64,000 nt of DNA from the human T2T-CHM13v2.0 reference genome, Homo sapiens: assembly GCF_009914755.1 (NCBI RefSeq), contig NC_060941.1, one strand, 5' to 3'. Below, one piece after another: positions 32,281 through 48,176 of this stretch; the first letter of the stretch is position 1, and each line of letters opens with the position of its first letter. Below the pieces are notes generated by a model. That model saw only the letters and a list, made by a program, of their open reading frames with translations. It made no database searches and was not told where the DNA came from. The translations under genes were made by a program, and so were the position numbers.

Positions 32281-32400
32281 CTGGCCGCAGGTAGAGGTCG
32301 GAGGAAGCTGCAGCAATCCGTTCCCGCTCCCGCTCCTTCTCCCGCTCCCGTTCCCGTTCCCTCTCAGCACTTGCAGCAGCTGCAAGGTGTGTTGGGTGTC
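32281..32400 (-). CDS. NCOR1: NCOR1 exon ~35 (HPTHLAAAASAEREREREREKERERERIAAASSDLYLRP), Arg-Glu repeat
   Basis: 120 nt, ttacag/gtcagt boundaries, phase 1-1. Confidence 0.95.
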
Positions 32401-32475
32401 CTGTAAAACATAAACCTGCAGCTTAAAGATAAAAATATCAACTGACTGAGTATATCAAACAATTCCGAAATTCTA

Positions 32476-33078
<603 letters not shown>

Positions 33079-33082
33079 TCAC

Positions 33083-33232
33083 CTGGAGACATGGAAGCAG
33101 AGTTGTACGGCCTGGGAGGGAAAGTAATCTGTGTACCAGGAATATAAGTGATTCTGTCCATGGGAGGAGTGCTTGTTCCCCCTGGATGAGGCACTAAAAT
33201 TGTTGGAGGCATATTGGTCAGGTCAATGATTC
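33083..33232 (-). CDS. NCOR1: NCOR1 exon ~34 (IIDLTNMPPTILVPHPGG...SASMSP)
   Basis: 150 nt, gatag/gtgaga boundaries, phase 1-1. Confidence 0.96.
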
Positions 33233-33697
33233 CTATCCAAAAGACAATACAATTTATGTTAAGTGTTATTCTAAAGGTACAGAACCATACATGACTTTGG
33301 ATTTTGTCTATCTCTGTGAATCAAGGGTAATTTGTACATAATATAAATAAAAATGTTTACTATCATCATTACTTTTTAAGACATTCTTTAAAGAAGGATA
33401 TTAAAGACTGTACTTCACATCAGTAACCTCAAAGTATGGGCAGATTAAAGAGAGCAAATTTGTAAGCCATGGATTACAAATACTCAGCACAAGGATTTGG
33501 TTTAGTTAATTTCAGTATTCACCAAAACACCTTGTCTCAATGTATGTCTCTGGGCTAAAAAGTCTACGGGAGGAAGGATATAGTATTCTTTTCTTTCTTT
33601 CTTTCCATCATTCATTCAACAAGTATTTACTGAGTACCTAAGAAACACTAGGTAAACATAATAAATTCTACGAAATCTGAAATGCAAAGACACACAC

Positions 33698-33907
33698 CTC
33701 TCGTTGCTGGGTATGGGAGACCCAGTGGCTGCTCTCTTGGGGAGAGTCCTCTGGCCACATCTGGACGCAAGTTCACTTGCATCTGTTGTGAGGTAATGTA
33801 ATCATTTAAGATTGTCTGTCTTGTGTTCTCCATTGCGTAAAGCTGATACTGACTTGGGTAACCTGGAGTTGGTGAAAGCTGTCTCTGAAACAGGTAAGCA
33901 GCCGCTG
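33698..33907 (-). CDS. NCOR1: NCOR1 exon ~33 (AAAAYLFQRQL...TRQTILNDYITSQQM...PATR)
   Basis: 210 nt, CAGCAG tandem acceptor, gtgtgt donor, phase 1-1. Confidence 0.95.
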
Positions 33908-34362
33908 CTGATTGAGAGAATGAAAGAAAGGCACTGAGTTTTGTCCTGGCTGAAATACATTTGCTAAACACCACGTACAAAAGAGTAGAGAAAAATCACA
34001 TGCTGAGCTAGTGCACATGGAACTTTTACTTAGCTACAAGGATTAAGGTGGATTTATTTTAGACCTTGATGTATTAGCAATAGCAATTCTAATGTCTAAG
34101 ATGTAATGGAAAAGGGGAAGGATAACAGTAGCTAAAAACTTCTCAAGTAGTTTTACTTTCAATCTTTGACATGTAACTTTATCATATTTTTACCTGGCAT
34201 CTGCAAGAGTTGTGTTTGAAAATAAAATTGTCTTTATAGTACTGATCATCCAGTACAACCAACAGAAATGTATACGAAAATACTTTGTGGCAATCAGTAA
34301 CTTTACTCTCCAGGGGGTGAAAATGATTATAGACTATAAGCATTTAATTAGTCCATGTGTTT

Positions 34363-34591
34363 GGAGCAGAGATTGGCAAACTTTTGACATAAAGGGCCAA
34401 ATGGTAAATATATTTTAGGCTTTGTGGGCCATTTCGCATTTGTCACAGCTACTCAACTCTGTCACTGTAGCACAAAAAGAGCTACGGAAAAAAAGAATAA
34501 ATGGTGTGGCTGTATCCTAATAAAACTTTATTTACAAACACAAGTGGCAACAGGATTTGGCCAAAAAGCTGTAGTTTTTAGCAACCCCTAG
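34363..34591 (+). mobile_element. MER58A-like hAT MITE
   Basis: ggcaaactttt..aaagggccaaatggtaaata..ggctttgtgggcc...aataaaactttatttacaaa...caacccct. Confidence 0.8.
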
Positions 34592-35429
34592 GTGAGAGAA
34601 TGACACAAGACACAAGATACGAGGAAGGGGTAGGCGTGGTAAAAAGTAGATAATGTCTCTCTCCTCAAAACATTATAATCCAACTCAGGCTCAAAAACAA
34701 GCAAAAGAAACCACTACAAAATGAAGACAATGATAAACACTAAATAGAAACCAGAAAAATTCCATTTTGTCTGAGAACTTGAGTGACCTATTTTATATGT
34801 ATATGTTCTCCCTAGAAAAACAAGTAACATGTTTTCTGGAATATTTGCTTCCCCTTCATCTAGAAGCTAGGTAAGTCTGTCAGCTGACACAATCTGGGAG
34901 ACAGTGCCCTAAGTAATAGGTATTGGGCTCCTCTGAAACAGTGTTGTCAAATGACAAATAATTTGATGGCATTTACACAGCTTTTAGATAAAATATTTCC
35001 CACAGTTACTTTCCTATTATTATGAAATGTAAATAACCCTTAGAATTCTTACTTTTAAAATTTAGCATACTGATAATGAAAAATTCTTCTCTAAGGACCA
35101 AAGTGAGGCACAAGTATTCTGTGTCCTAATTTGCACCTGAAGGATACTTATTAAGCAAAGAGTTTATTTAGGCCAGAGAAGAGGTCTCAGCAGAAAACAC
35201 ATGTGTGACTGGGCTCAGCCAATAGCGGCAAGGAAGAGCAAGGACTGCACCCTGGGAGGACAAGGTGCAGCCGGTGGTCCTGCAGATTATAACAGCCCAG
35301 CCAAGCCTCTCTGTACCAACCGATGTGACTGCTCCTCTCCCCTCCCTGTGTAAAACACAATGCCCTCTGCCCAGCAGACTGCTCTCTAGAAACCTGCACA
35401 TCTGCACCTATCAGATTCTGTCTACCAAT

Positions 35430-35850
35430 GTCAGTGGTGTTCTGAAGTTTCTTCCAGCTGTACTTGTTACTAGAATTATGTAACTTAATGACATAATTTG
35501 TAAATCAAGGAAGAATGAAGAGTGGTTTCTCTGAAAACTAACAGCTTTGGAAAGAGTTGATACAGAAGTTGAATCAGGTGCGGACTAGACAACTTCAAAG
35601 GCTGGAAAAAAAATCTAGAAGGATTCTGTATTTAGATTGCTTGGAAGTGTCTTTACTTGGAAGTTCTAGCTTTACTTAAAAAAAAGAATTTCTTTTATAT
35701 AAGACAGTGAGACTTAATCACTTGTTTATGAAAAAGCCTTGGCATTAGATCAGAGTTCTGGTAAATGAACGTCTATTTATGCTGTAAGTTAACATGTTTA
35801 GGTATGCCTCTGTCATTTTAAAATAATTATTCACATTAATCCACTTTTTC
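35430..35850 (+). mobile_element. Probable ancient Tigger-type transposase remnant
   Basis: Degenerate pogo/Tigger-like text (gtggtttctctgaaaact..ctttggaaagagttgata..gacaacttcaaaggctgg..ctagaaggattctg). Confidence 0.4.
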
Positions 35851-36106
35851 AACTAGTTTCACCAAGTGCCATCAGATAAGAGAGCTTTTCATATACTATT
35901 CTTTTTAGTTCTTTACCGGGTGCTGATAAGATTTTATTTCTTGATCTGGGTGCTGGTAACATGGGAGAATTTAGTTTGTGAAAATTCACTGAGCTGTACA
36001 TTAATGATATTTGCAATTGTACTATATTGTACAACAACAGAAAGCTGAAAAGTCATACTGGTGGCATATTTATTTGCCATAAATTATCACTATATTTTGT
36101 GTTTAC

Positions 36107-36334
36107 CAGGATCCAAAGCCCTGTGAAAAGGCATGGCTGGATCCAAGTGCGTGGGCAGGTGGCTCCGATAAACCTCGCCTGCAGTGCTGCCTCTGTGATG
36201 GGGATCAAACGGACTGTGGCTCACGACAGGGTCCACCCCAGGCACTGGAGACTTCGCTGGGATACTTTCCCTCTGGGTAGGGGTCAGTGTCGATTTCCTT
36301 TCATGATTGGTAGACTTGTTAGAAGAAATTGTAA
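36107..36334 (-). CDS. NCOR1: NCOR1 exon ~32 (TISSNKSTNHERK...PFHRALDP)
   Basis: 228 nt, ttccag/gtaaac boundaries, phase 1-1. Confidence 0.96.
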
Positions 36335-36927
36335 CTGGAAAAAAAGAGCCAATGCCACAAGTTCTTAAGAAACTTGCAAGTATGATAATATTTGTCCATT
36401 TCTCAACCATTCAAATAAAGACTATATTCATGTATTTGGATCTTCTCTTTCCACTCAACATTTAACATTCAATATTGCAAAATATGAAAATGTAAACAAC
36501 ATATGAAAATGTAAACAACTAGTAGAAACTGAGATTTGGAGAGTACTGTCACCTTTTGGATCATAGCACCAGTATTTTACCACCTTATGTAACATTAAAA
36601 ATAAAATTCAATACTCTTCTTTAAATCTCATTATGAATCATTTTGTTTTTTGTATGACTTTAACATTCTAAATTCTTTTGTCCCCACATGTAGTAAACTT
36701 CAGTTTTCTCTCATTGCCTGTGTTATGCAACCTCCTTCCTACCCATTAATCACTAGTTTCACTAATTTTTTCCTTGCTCTGTTCTTCCACAATGACTTTC
36801 TCATTACTTCACCAATATCTATCACCTCCCTACTCCAGCCTCTCTTCTCTTAAATGATGTTATTCAGGATGGTCAGATTGTCCCACCAATAAATATATAT
36901 TCAAACACTTATTAGCCATCATCCTCA

Positions 36928-37227
<300 letters not shown>

Positions 37228-38377
37228 ACCCTCAATTTTTTTTAACTGTGGTGAAATATACATAACATAAAATTTACAATTTTAGCCATTTTAAAGGGTA
37301 CAATTCACAGTGGCATTAAGTACAAGCATGATGGCTGTGTAACCATCACATCTAATTACTAATATTTTGATACTATAAACTTTACCACAATCAAACAAAT
37401 CTGCCTGCCCAAAGAAAGAAATCACACTGGTTTATCACATCCCCTTCCAAGTCCCAGCGTGCTCAAATATGGAGTGCCCTTCCCTCTGCAGGGCAATTCG
37501 CCATCAAAACTAAAGCTACAAGCATTTGGACTCACCTCCCCATCCCTAACAAGGACTTCCCCTTCTCCTCACTCTGTGCTACGCCCCTCACACCCGCCAA
37601 AACACACTTGTACAGCTCACAGTGCCCAGCCCAGGACGTACCATGTGAGCCATCAATAAATTTGTATTATAATAAAAAATGGTAAGTGGATGCATTTTTA
37701 AGGGCCTCAGGTTGATAGGGACCACTTGGTAAAAATCACTTCTCAACTGATGTAGCTGCCAGTAGCATGGGGTTATAGTGACAACAATAATAACAACAGT
37801 AACACCAACAGGAATAATTCACATTTATCGAGCCCTTCGTAAATACTCGGCACCATTCTAAGTTCTTTACATGTACTACCTTATTTGATCTTCATAACAA
37901 TCCAGAGAGGTAGGTCTTAATGTTACATTATGATTTTACAGATCAGGAAACTAAGCTACAAAAAAACTAAGTAACTCATCTGAGTTGATGCAGTAAGAAT
38001 GTTAATTCAAGCTTATGCAGTCTTGTTCCAGAGGCTACTTACAGCTTTCACACCACACTGCCGCTGAAGGAACAATGTCAAAACTGACTTCCAGAAAACC
38101 TTATGCAATTGGCTGAAAATCCACTCTAAAAATATACTTACTCTATAGCATTTCTGGACTGCATCATAATCTGCACTTGATTTAAATATCAGGTATTTTA
38201 CTTAAATTATGCCTACTTTTAAATTAGTAGCCTTCCATACTCCTAGACTCAAGCAAGACCTGTAGATCTTGGGATACTCTAAAGCTGACAATTTGATATT
38301 TACTACTTGACAAAGGTTTTTTTTTTTTTTTTTAAATGCAATAAAAAGTATCAGACCAAGCAACAAAAGTAACATAC

Positions 38378-38738
38378 CATCAGAAGTTCTGTTCATCATG
38401 GGTGAGCCTCTGGACATGGTGTTTTGATAACTCACAGGGGTCCTCCGTGCACTGGTGTCATCATAAATCCCAGGGCTCAGTTGTGCTTTGGGAGCTTCAT
38501 GCAGTGTGGACCTAAGAACGGAGGGGCCAGAGCTTACCACTGACGTGTGCCGGGAACGCACGGTCTCGCCTGCTTTCACATCCTCATATTTTCCCCGTTC
38601 TACCACTTTTATGTTCTCTGGCACAATTTCCAGCGGAGGCATTCCACGGGATAGTTTGCTAGGCCCCGTGATTAAGGATTTGACATTGTGTTTGATGGCA
38701 GATTGACCTGAGTTGTTGTCAAACTTTATTGGTGTGCC
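38378..38738 (-). CDS. NCOR1: NCOR1 exon ~31 (GTPIKFDNNSG...MMNRTSD)
   Basis: 361 nt, ctttag/gtatgt boundaries, phase 0-1. Confidence 0.96.
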
Positions 38739-38960
38739 CTAAAGGGAAAGAAACAAACATTACAGGTAGCAAAGTCATCTGGCTACTTTTCTATCTCAGG
38801 TCTATGTCTGGCCCATGGCAGTTACAGTTCACTGTGGTGATCTTTTTTGGTCTGTTTACAAATCTCAATCACAACCCCACTGATCCCAAGCTGCATACTT
38901 TCCCACATTCCACACTCTATGCTATAGACATAAGAAAACCTGATGATAAGAAGTACACAA

Positions 38961-39490
38961 GGCCAGGCATGGTGGTTCACACCTGTAATCCCAGCGCTTT
39001 GGGAGGCTGAGGTGGGCAGATCACCTGAGGTCAGGAGTTCGAAACCAGCCTGACCAACATGGAGAAACCCTGTCTCTCCTAAAAATACAAAATTAGCCAG
39101 GCGTGGTGGCAGGTACCTGTAATCTCAGCTACTCGGGAGGCTGGGGCAGGAGAATCGCTTGAACCCAGGAGGCGGACGTTGCAGTGAGCCAAGATCGTGC
39201 CATTACACAAAGGCCAAGCACAGTGGCTCACGCCTGTGATCCCAGCACTTTGGGATGCTGAGATGGGCAGATCACTTGAGCTCAGGAGTTCGAGACCAGC
39301 CTTGGCAACATGGCAAAGCCCTGTCTCTATAAAAATACAAAAATTCTGGGTGTGGAGGTACATGCCTGTAGTCCTAGCTACTCGGGAGGCTGAGGTGGGA
39401 GGATCGCTTGAGCCCAGGAGGTCAAGGCTATATAGTGAGCTGTGATCACACACCGCACTCCAGCCTGGTCCACAGAGGAAAAAAAAAAAA
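38961..39490 (+). mobile_element. Two head-to-tail Alus, the first lacking its 3' end
   Basis: Alu 38961-39208 joined to Alu 39212-39490. Confidence 0.9.
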
Positions 39491-39621
39491 GGTACAGGAA
39501 ACTTTCATGTTTACTTCCAGGAGGTCTGACATCATAAGAACCACTTATAATTATTAAGTCACACTTTTTTAAATGTTCCATAAATATCAGTTACTGACAA
39601 AAAGAGCCAAAACTTAGTTAC

Positions 39622-39878
39622 CTGGGAAATGGAACCCTCAATTATCGGCCGTGTGCTCTGGACCACTTCTGGAGTTTTCCGACTTTCCTGAGTTAAAATA
39701 TCTTGCCTTGGAATCTCATGAATGGAACGCCCCATTTCTTTGATGGTGGTGATGCCATCATATGGTTTTCCTTTGGTAATGGCACCTTCAAATGCTCGTA
39801 TGGGAGGACTTTCCCTTTTAATTTGTTTGGGATATTTAAGGCCATCTTCAAAGCTTTCAGTTGTTGCTCTTGGTGTCC
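39622..39878 (-). CDS. NCOR1: NCOR1 exon ~30, includes BCL6-binding peptide GITTIKEMGRSIHEIPR; ends EGSISQ
   Basis: 257 nt, ttcaag/gtaact boundaries, phase 1-0; translated by hand. Confidence 0.96.
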
Positions 39879-40357
39879 CTTGAAAAAGAATTCAGGAAAC
39901 ATTAAAATAATGCTGATGGTTGCACAACAATGCCACGGAACTGTGCACTTAAAAATGGTTAAAATGGTAAATTTTGTTACATATATTTTAACATAATTTA
40001 AAATAATGCCTTGACATCTTGTAGTTTCTAATTAACTTTCTGTTTACAGTAGATCCTCAAATCAGTATTTATCAATCATTATTTCTTTAGGGTTGCTTGA
40101 GATATGATATTAATGCATCATTCATAATAGTCACAGAATGGTTCTTGCATAATAAAGATATCTCTATATTAAAAGATTAAGCAACTATCATCTTCCAATA
40201 AATTATGTAGCTCAGAGGCAGAAAAGTAATAACCAAGACTTTAATATTTCAAAAGGGAAAATAACTTGAAAAGCAGAAATACACTGTAAATTAATGTCAA
40301 ACTATTTTGCCAGGGAGGCAGTTATAAATAAAAATGCAAAACAAGCAGAAAGTTTAC

Positions 40358-40441
40358 CCTGCATTATGGAGCCAGACAATACAGTCCTTTCTTTGAGGTC
40401 AGAATGAGGACTCCCCCTGGGTAATGCTCGGCATATCAGCC
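40358..40441 (-). CDS. NCOR1: NCOR1 exon ~29 (LICRALPRGSPHSDLKERTVLSGSIMQ)
   Basis: 84 nt, tggaag/gtaaac boundaries, phase 1-1. Confidence 0.93.
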
Positions 40442-41468
40442 CTTCCAAAACAAGAAAGCAATTCAATTATTCAACATAATGTATATGTCAACTCACATAT
40501 ACTGAATGCTGTTCTTAAAGTCTATGTTTTTGATAAATGCTCTATGAAGGAAGGAATGTCAATTTAAGTTTGTGAACTATCCAGAAGTACCTAATATGAC
40601 ATCACACAGTCCTTTGTAAATATTTTCCTAAATAAAAAATGGCCACCAAAGGCATCTAATGAAAGGTTGAAAAGGAAAGATACCTTCAAAGTTAAATCTA
40701 AAATCCCAACACTTCTTTATCAAGAGGAAAGAAGATACAGGATTGGAAACCATTGCTTAGCTTTGAAATATACTTGTGATAAAGGGAAAACGGGAAATAT
40801 GGATACCATAAAAATAGGGAAAATGTATTAAATGAAACATGCAAATTGAAACGAAAGAGTTGTAAATAACCTCCTAAGAAGCTTCACATTATTGTTGCTG
40901 ATAAATATAAATCAAGGGTTAGAAATAACCACACATATTTACAGTAAAAGTGTGTGTTTTTAACATAGAGAAAAATACAGCTCTTAGAAAATTACACAGG
41001 ACTTACCCTGCTTTTAGTATTTCATCTAGCTTAAAATTGGTTGAGGCAGGTTAAGATTTAAACAAAGTGGGCCATTAACAAAACAAAATCATACTGATCA
41101 TGTACTGAAGCCATATCACATGAGCAGCACCAGTTCAGACACCTGCCTCTAACCCTCACACAGTGTTAGGTACGATCCCTTAATTTACAGAGGAAGAAAC
41201 AGGCTCAAAGGAATTTTACCAGGGAAGGGTGAAGCTGAAATTTAAATTCATGTCTTTATCCATTACACCACTTTATCTGTCTCACAATTCAAAAAGAAGT
41301 TCTCATAATAAACTTTACCTTTTTTAACTCACTTAGCTGAAACAGGAATAATCTGCAAATTGTATGAGCATTCAAATATGAACATTCTAATAGTAACCTA
41401 TGATATGACCAATTACGCTTAAATTTGACTTCCTTCCATTGTTATGTGCCACTTTATATACAGATATA

Positions 41469-41574
41469 AACTTAATATAAATATATATTTCAGGTGGAAA
41501 TGACAGAAATTGCATACAACTTAATATAAATATACATTTCAGGTGGAAATGACAGAAATTGCATACAACTTAAT
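41469..41574. repeat. 49-bp tandem duplication (2.2 copies)
   Basis: aacttaatataaatataYatttcaggtggaaatgacagaaattgcatac x2, one mismatch. Confidence 0.95.
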
Positions 41575-41641
41575 TCAACAATGCAAAATTACTATATAAA
41601 ATAACATGTATCAAAATAACATTCTGAAAACAATGCTTTAC

Positions 41642-41782
41642 CCTCTAACGGTGCTGATACAGGAGACTCCCTCATTGACATCCCTTGCTTTATATTTCCT
41701 TCCACTGATTCATAGCTTCTCTTTAAACTGATTTCATGAGCTGTTCTTGGACTCCTAGTCCCTTCTCGGGCATTCTTAATAT
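41642..41782 (-). CDS. NCOR1: NCOR1 exon ~28 (IKNAREGTRSPRTAHEISLKRSYE...SAPLE)
   Basis: 141 nt, ctgtag/gtaaag boundaries, phase 1-1. Confidence 0.95.
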
Positions 41783-41939
41783 CTACAGAATACACAAACA
41801 AGACTTGCTCAGACGGAGCACATGGTATACAATGTACAGTAAATAGGTTAGTTTCATAGTCTATCTTATAAAAATAATAATATTAAAACTTGTCTTAACC
41901 TACAATAAAATATGTGTAGATGATTCATGAAAATATTTT

Positions 41940-42690
41940 CACTCATTCAAATGTGTTTATTGATGCCTACTGTGTGCTAGGCATAAGCTAGGCTTGCAGG
42001 TAAGATTAACAAATTAAGTCCCTTTCTGCATGAAACTTACACAATAATGTAGGTACAGATTATGTAGTAAAATAAGCTATGAAAGGAGAAGTATAATGTG
42101 CTATGAAAATGCTAGGAGAGAAACCTAACACCTCCAGGTTCAGATAAGCCTGCTCAGAGGAAGCAATGTGTAAGCTGAGAATGAAGGATGAATAAGAGTT
42201 GTTCAAGTCAAAGGTAATAGGAGGAAAAAGTACAGGCAGTGTGAACAGTGAACACGAAGACCCCAAGGTGAGACAGAGAAAGGTACAATAAAAGAACGTA
42301 AGCGTGGTAACCGGCTAATGTGTAGAGTGGAGTTGGGAGGAAGAGTGTGGGGGAGGTAAATATAGGGGACTAAAGGGAAAAGTGAGAAGGGAAAAATGTG
42401 AAGAGCTAAGCTGAAAGCAGCTCCTGGAGGGGTTATAAAGCTAAGGTAGGGGTTTGCAGTTATATCCAGGGTGATGGAAAAATCAGTCAAGGAGTGACGT
42501 GGTACACACTTTGAATATGGGTGAGACTGAAGGTAGGGAGATGAGTTAGGTGGCTGCTGGGTTAAAGATGATGGTGACAGTGGTGAATACAGAGTAATGG
42601 ATGGATTCTAGACACTTTAGGAAAATAAACAGAAATGGCTTAGTGATTTGGTGGATGTGGAAAGAAACAGAGGTGTGTAGACTTCTGATA
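41940..42690. mobile_element. L2 remnant
   Basis: cattcaaatgtgtttattgatgcctactgtgtgctaggc and related L2 text. Confidence 0.65.
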
Positions 42691-43041
42691 TGGACAACGT
42701 ACATTATTAATTTCTTAACCCCAAAAACAAAATGTGAATCATAATATGCCAGACGTGTAAAGGAGAGTGAAATAAGAATGCTATCAAGCATTTTGCAGCA
42801 TCTGGCACTATGTACGCACATACTTTATTTCTTTGTATTGGAAGAGAAAGCATAGCTCATGACTACTCCAAGGTCACAGAGTCAGGTGCAAATAAGAACT
42901 CAAATTCACTCAAAACTTTGGCTAATATTTCTATCACATTTGAGTCATTCTTATAAAATACTACTACTGAGAAAATATAACAAGAATACATCTAAAAAAA
43001 TGTACATAGACATTAAAATAGTTTTATTAAGGAGTATTTAA

Positions 43042-43389
<348 letters not shown>

Positions 43390-43746
43390 TATCTACCCTC
43401 TAATTCTTAATTCATAAAACATGAATCTCTTCAAAATAAAAGTATTCCATTAAAGTTCAACAAAGGCTCTTTACCTAAGCTAAACTGACTGACCACAGTC
43501 GACAATCTTAGCTACCACCTATGGGACATTTAATATGAGCTCTGCGTTGTTAATTACTTTTTATCGACTAAGCTGTTATTCACAAAATTCTCATGAGACA
43601 AGTATTACTAACCCCATTTACTGAGAGAAAACATAGGCTCAGCAAAGATAAACTGACTCCCAGAGAGCAGAAATGCGGGAAAACCCAAGCCTATGTTTTT
43701 AGCACATATTGTAATACTGGCTTTGGTGCATACATACAATACTTAC

Positions 43747-43915
43747 TATCATATGACAAGATATGTCCACTTTTGCCTTCATAAATAACATGGCCTTTGG
43801 ATGCAGCTTCCTCTCTGCCTTTCTCAGGACTGCTGTCTTCAATGGGCATTCTCGAAATGGACCCCTTCACCAAAGCCTCTGTTGGTATGCCAGTCTGGGG
43901 CAGAGCCGGGGTGCC
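43747..43915 (-). CDS. NCOR1: NCOR1 exon ~27 (GTPALPQTG...KGHVIYEGKSGHILSYD)
   Basis: 169 nt, tggcag/gtaagt boundaries, phase 0-1. Confidence 0.96.
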
Positions 43916-45257
43916 CTGCCATCAAATCAAGCATAAATAGCAGAGGAGTCACTCGAGTTTAGGGAAAACACAAGATGCTCAGAAAATTTAACCTATGACA
44001 GAGTCAGGCTAATCTATAGCTTCAAAGAAGAAAGCACACATACATGAAAGGAAATTAGACATTGAATTTTTATCAACATGAAGACATCCTGTACCTTCAT
44101 CCTTCAACTCAGCCACATAACACTTAAAATTATGACACGTACATTAGGTGAATCAACTTTGCTCTCACCTTCATGTGAGGACTCTATTACAGGATTTAAC
44201 TCTCAGAAGTTTCTCTTAAGGACTAAAATCAAGTAAATGTAACAGCTTTTATTAGGTTGTTGCAAATGTAATTGCAGTTTTTGCGTTGTTGAAATTTGCC
44301 GTTTGATACTGGAATACATTCTTAAATAAATGTGGTTAAGTTCTTGTTTTCTTCTGAATGTAGTTACGCAATATATCATTTTAATGTGCATTTGTCACTT
44401 TTTTTGTTAATGACTTATTACTTGGTGTTTTATATTTATTTTAGACGATGAAAATTATGTTATACAAAAAGCAAATTCAAGTGATTTTCTTATTCAAGTT
44501 CAAAATGGGTTGTAAAGCAGCAGAGACAATTCATAACATCAACAACGCATTTGGCCCAGGAACTGTTAACAAGCATACAGTGCAGTGGTGGTTCAAGAAG
44601 TTTTACAAAGGAAACAAGAGCCTTGAAGATGAGGAGCATAGTGGCCGGCCATCGGAAGTTGACAACAACCAATTGAGAGCAATCATTGATGCTGATCCTC
44701 TTACAACTACACGAGAAGTTGCCAAAGAACTCAACGTCAACCATTCTACGGTTGTTTGGCATTTGAAGCAAACTGGAAAGGTGAAAAAGCTCAGTAAATG
44801 GGTGCCCCATGAGCTGAGCGAAAATTTTAAAAACTGTCTTTCTGAAGTGTCTTCTCTTATTCTAGGCAACAACAAACCATTTCTCAACTGGATCATGACA
44901 TCCGATGAAAAGTAGATTTTATACAAAAACTAGCGACAACCACCTCAGTGGCTGGACTGAGAAGCAGCTCCAAAACACTTCCCAAAGCCAAACTTGCACC
45001 AAAAAAAGGTGGTCTGCTGCCAGTCTGAGCCACTACAGCTTTCCGAATCCCGGCAAAACCATTACATATGACAAGTATGCTCAGCAAATGAATGAGATGC
45101 ACTGAAAACTGCAATGCCTGCAGCCAGCACTGGTCAACAGAAATAGCCCAATTCTCCACGACAACACCTGTGTCACACAACCAATGCTTCAAAAATTGAA
45201 TGAATTGGGCTATGAAGTTTTGCCTCATCTGCCACATTCACCTGACCTCTCTCTCTA

Positions 45258-45884
<627 letters not shown>

Positions 45885-46759
45885 CTAAGAGTTTGTTGAA
45901 TCTCGAAGCATGTATTTTTATGCTACAGGAATGAACAAGATTATTTCTCACTGGCAAAAATGTGTTGATTGTAATGGTTCCTATTTTGATAAAGATGCGT
46001 TTGAGCCTAGTTATAATGATTTAAAATTCACAGTCCGAAATCACATCTTTGCACCAACCTAATATAAATTTTCTAATAAAAATAAGATGATAAAGTAGTT
46101 TTAAATTTAGAGTACTACAACTTTTTCTCAAATTGTGATATGAGGGAAAAATAACTTTCAAATATCAAACTGACTACTAGGTTGTTAGGCCTTTGGATGC
46201 CTCTGTGTTTTGACACTGATTCAGTTTAGGTCAGGTTATCTATATTTTCACCATCATCAATCCTCCTCTGGAGTTGCCAATGACCATGATTCTTTTTACC
46301 CTTCCTTTAAGCAGCGAGCCCTTCCTTCAAGGAAAATTGTTCATAGAATCTAATACGTAGAGCATTTTGCAAGAGAGAGCAGCTTGGTGTAAAATAGGAG
46401 TTAGAGGCCTAGACTGAGTTTACTCACATTTAGGGTCACCACTATACTCTGAGGACTGCTAAAACCCTAGAGAGCACAATCTGATACCATATGCTTAAGA
46501 AAAGCGATAAGAGACATACACTTACTTGTCCAGTCATTAAGTGAACTCATTAGTAAGTGTCTAGAAATCCTTAACGCCCACTTCAGAAGTACTCATGTCA
46601 AGTGCACAAACAGATTTTAAACAGATAAAATTTAGTCTCCTTTGGCCCAGTTCATACTCTTTCTTCCCACAGTTTGGATGCCAGAGTGAAGAGAAAGAAT
46701 AATACATACAGGCCCATTTACTTTCCTCTGTCCATATTAAAGTATTAGCTTGCTGTTAA

Positions 46760-47141
<382 letters not shown>

Positions 47142-47159
47142 TTAACCACAAGGAAGTAG

Positions 47160-47495
47160 TATGTAAACTACATTTCAGAAAGAAATCACCTGGGAACCTC
47201 AGTAAAATGGGGATTTTAATTCACATGATCTAGAGTGCGGACTGACATTTCTGCATTATTCTAGCAAGCATCCCAGTGATGCCAATGCTCTGGTGCACAA
47301 ACCACACTTGGCCAGCAAAGCCCTAGCTGAATCAGCTAAGGGCTTGGGAAAACACAGACTGCCAGTCCCCACCAACAAGGGTTGGGTTTCAGTAAATCTG
47401 GGGTAAGATCTGAAAATTTATATGTGTAGCAATTTTCTAGGTGATTCTGATGCTCCTGGTGTGGGGATCATACTTTGAGAACAACTGTCTTAGAG
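47160..47495. mobile_element. MER5-like hAT remnants
   Basis: aatcacctggg..; ctaggtgattctgatgct..catactttgagaac. Confidence 0.6.
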
Positions 47496-48176
47496 GATAG
47501 TAACTAGACAAATAAAAAACTTGTGACAATGAGTGAACACTTTAGAAAATGCAAGGCACAGGTTTCTGTTTACAATGATTTCCCAAAACAGAATTTTCCC
47601 TCTTATGCATATACATAAAGAGGCTAAGAACTTCTTAAGTATCAAGTTAAAATTAACAACTAACTGAGAGAAATTTTATTAATCAAAATTGGTGATGTAT
47701 TTAGCCCAAAATTGGAAGGCTTCTGGTGCTTTTGTTAATACCATCCACATTTCCTGGTTTAGCATTAGATTCTAACAAGGCAGCCCACATACTGAGATTC
47801 TACAACTACATCTCCACCAGGGCAAAAGTAAGCAAATAATTCGTAATGATTTTCTTCTCAATTTCTATTTAGGCTAAACACATGGTAAAAGCTTTTCCAG
47901 GAAGACAATAAGAGCTGCATCAATTAGAACATATTTCTTTTTCCAGTTTGCAAATAAGTGACCTTTTCAAATGAACCAAAGTATTCATAATATAGCTTGT
48001 AGTCAAAATGATCACATTAACGTCTCTGTGGAGACAGTTTGCAGATCTAGGTTATGAGACCCAGTCCCATAATGCAGAAAAATGAACTTAAGCCACAAAA
48101 TAGCCAAAGTGCTAAGAATTATTTATCATTTTTTCCTGAGCTTCTGTTGAGTATATCAGAGATGATCGTGACTAAC

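Noticed and set aside
36482-36519. 19-bp tandem duplication atatgaaaatgtaaacaac
   Set aside because: Ordinary slippage event with no functional hint
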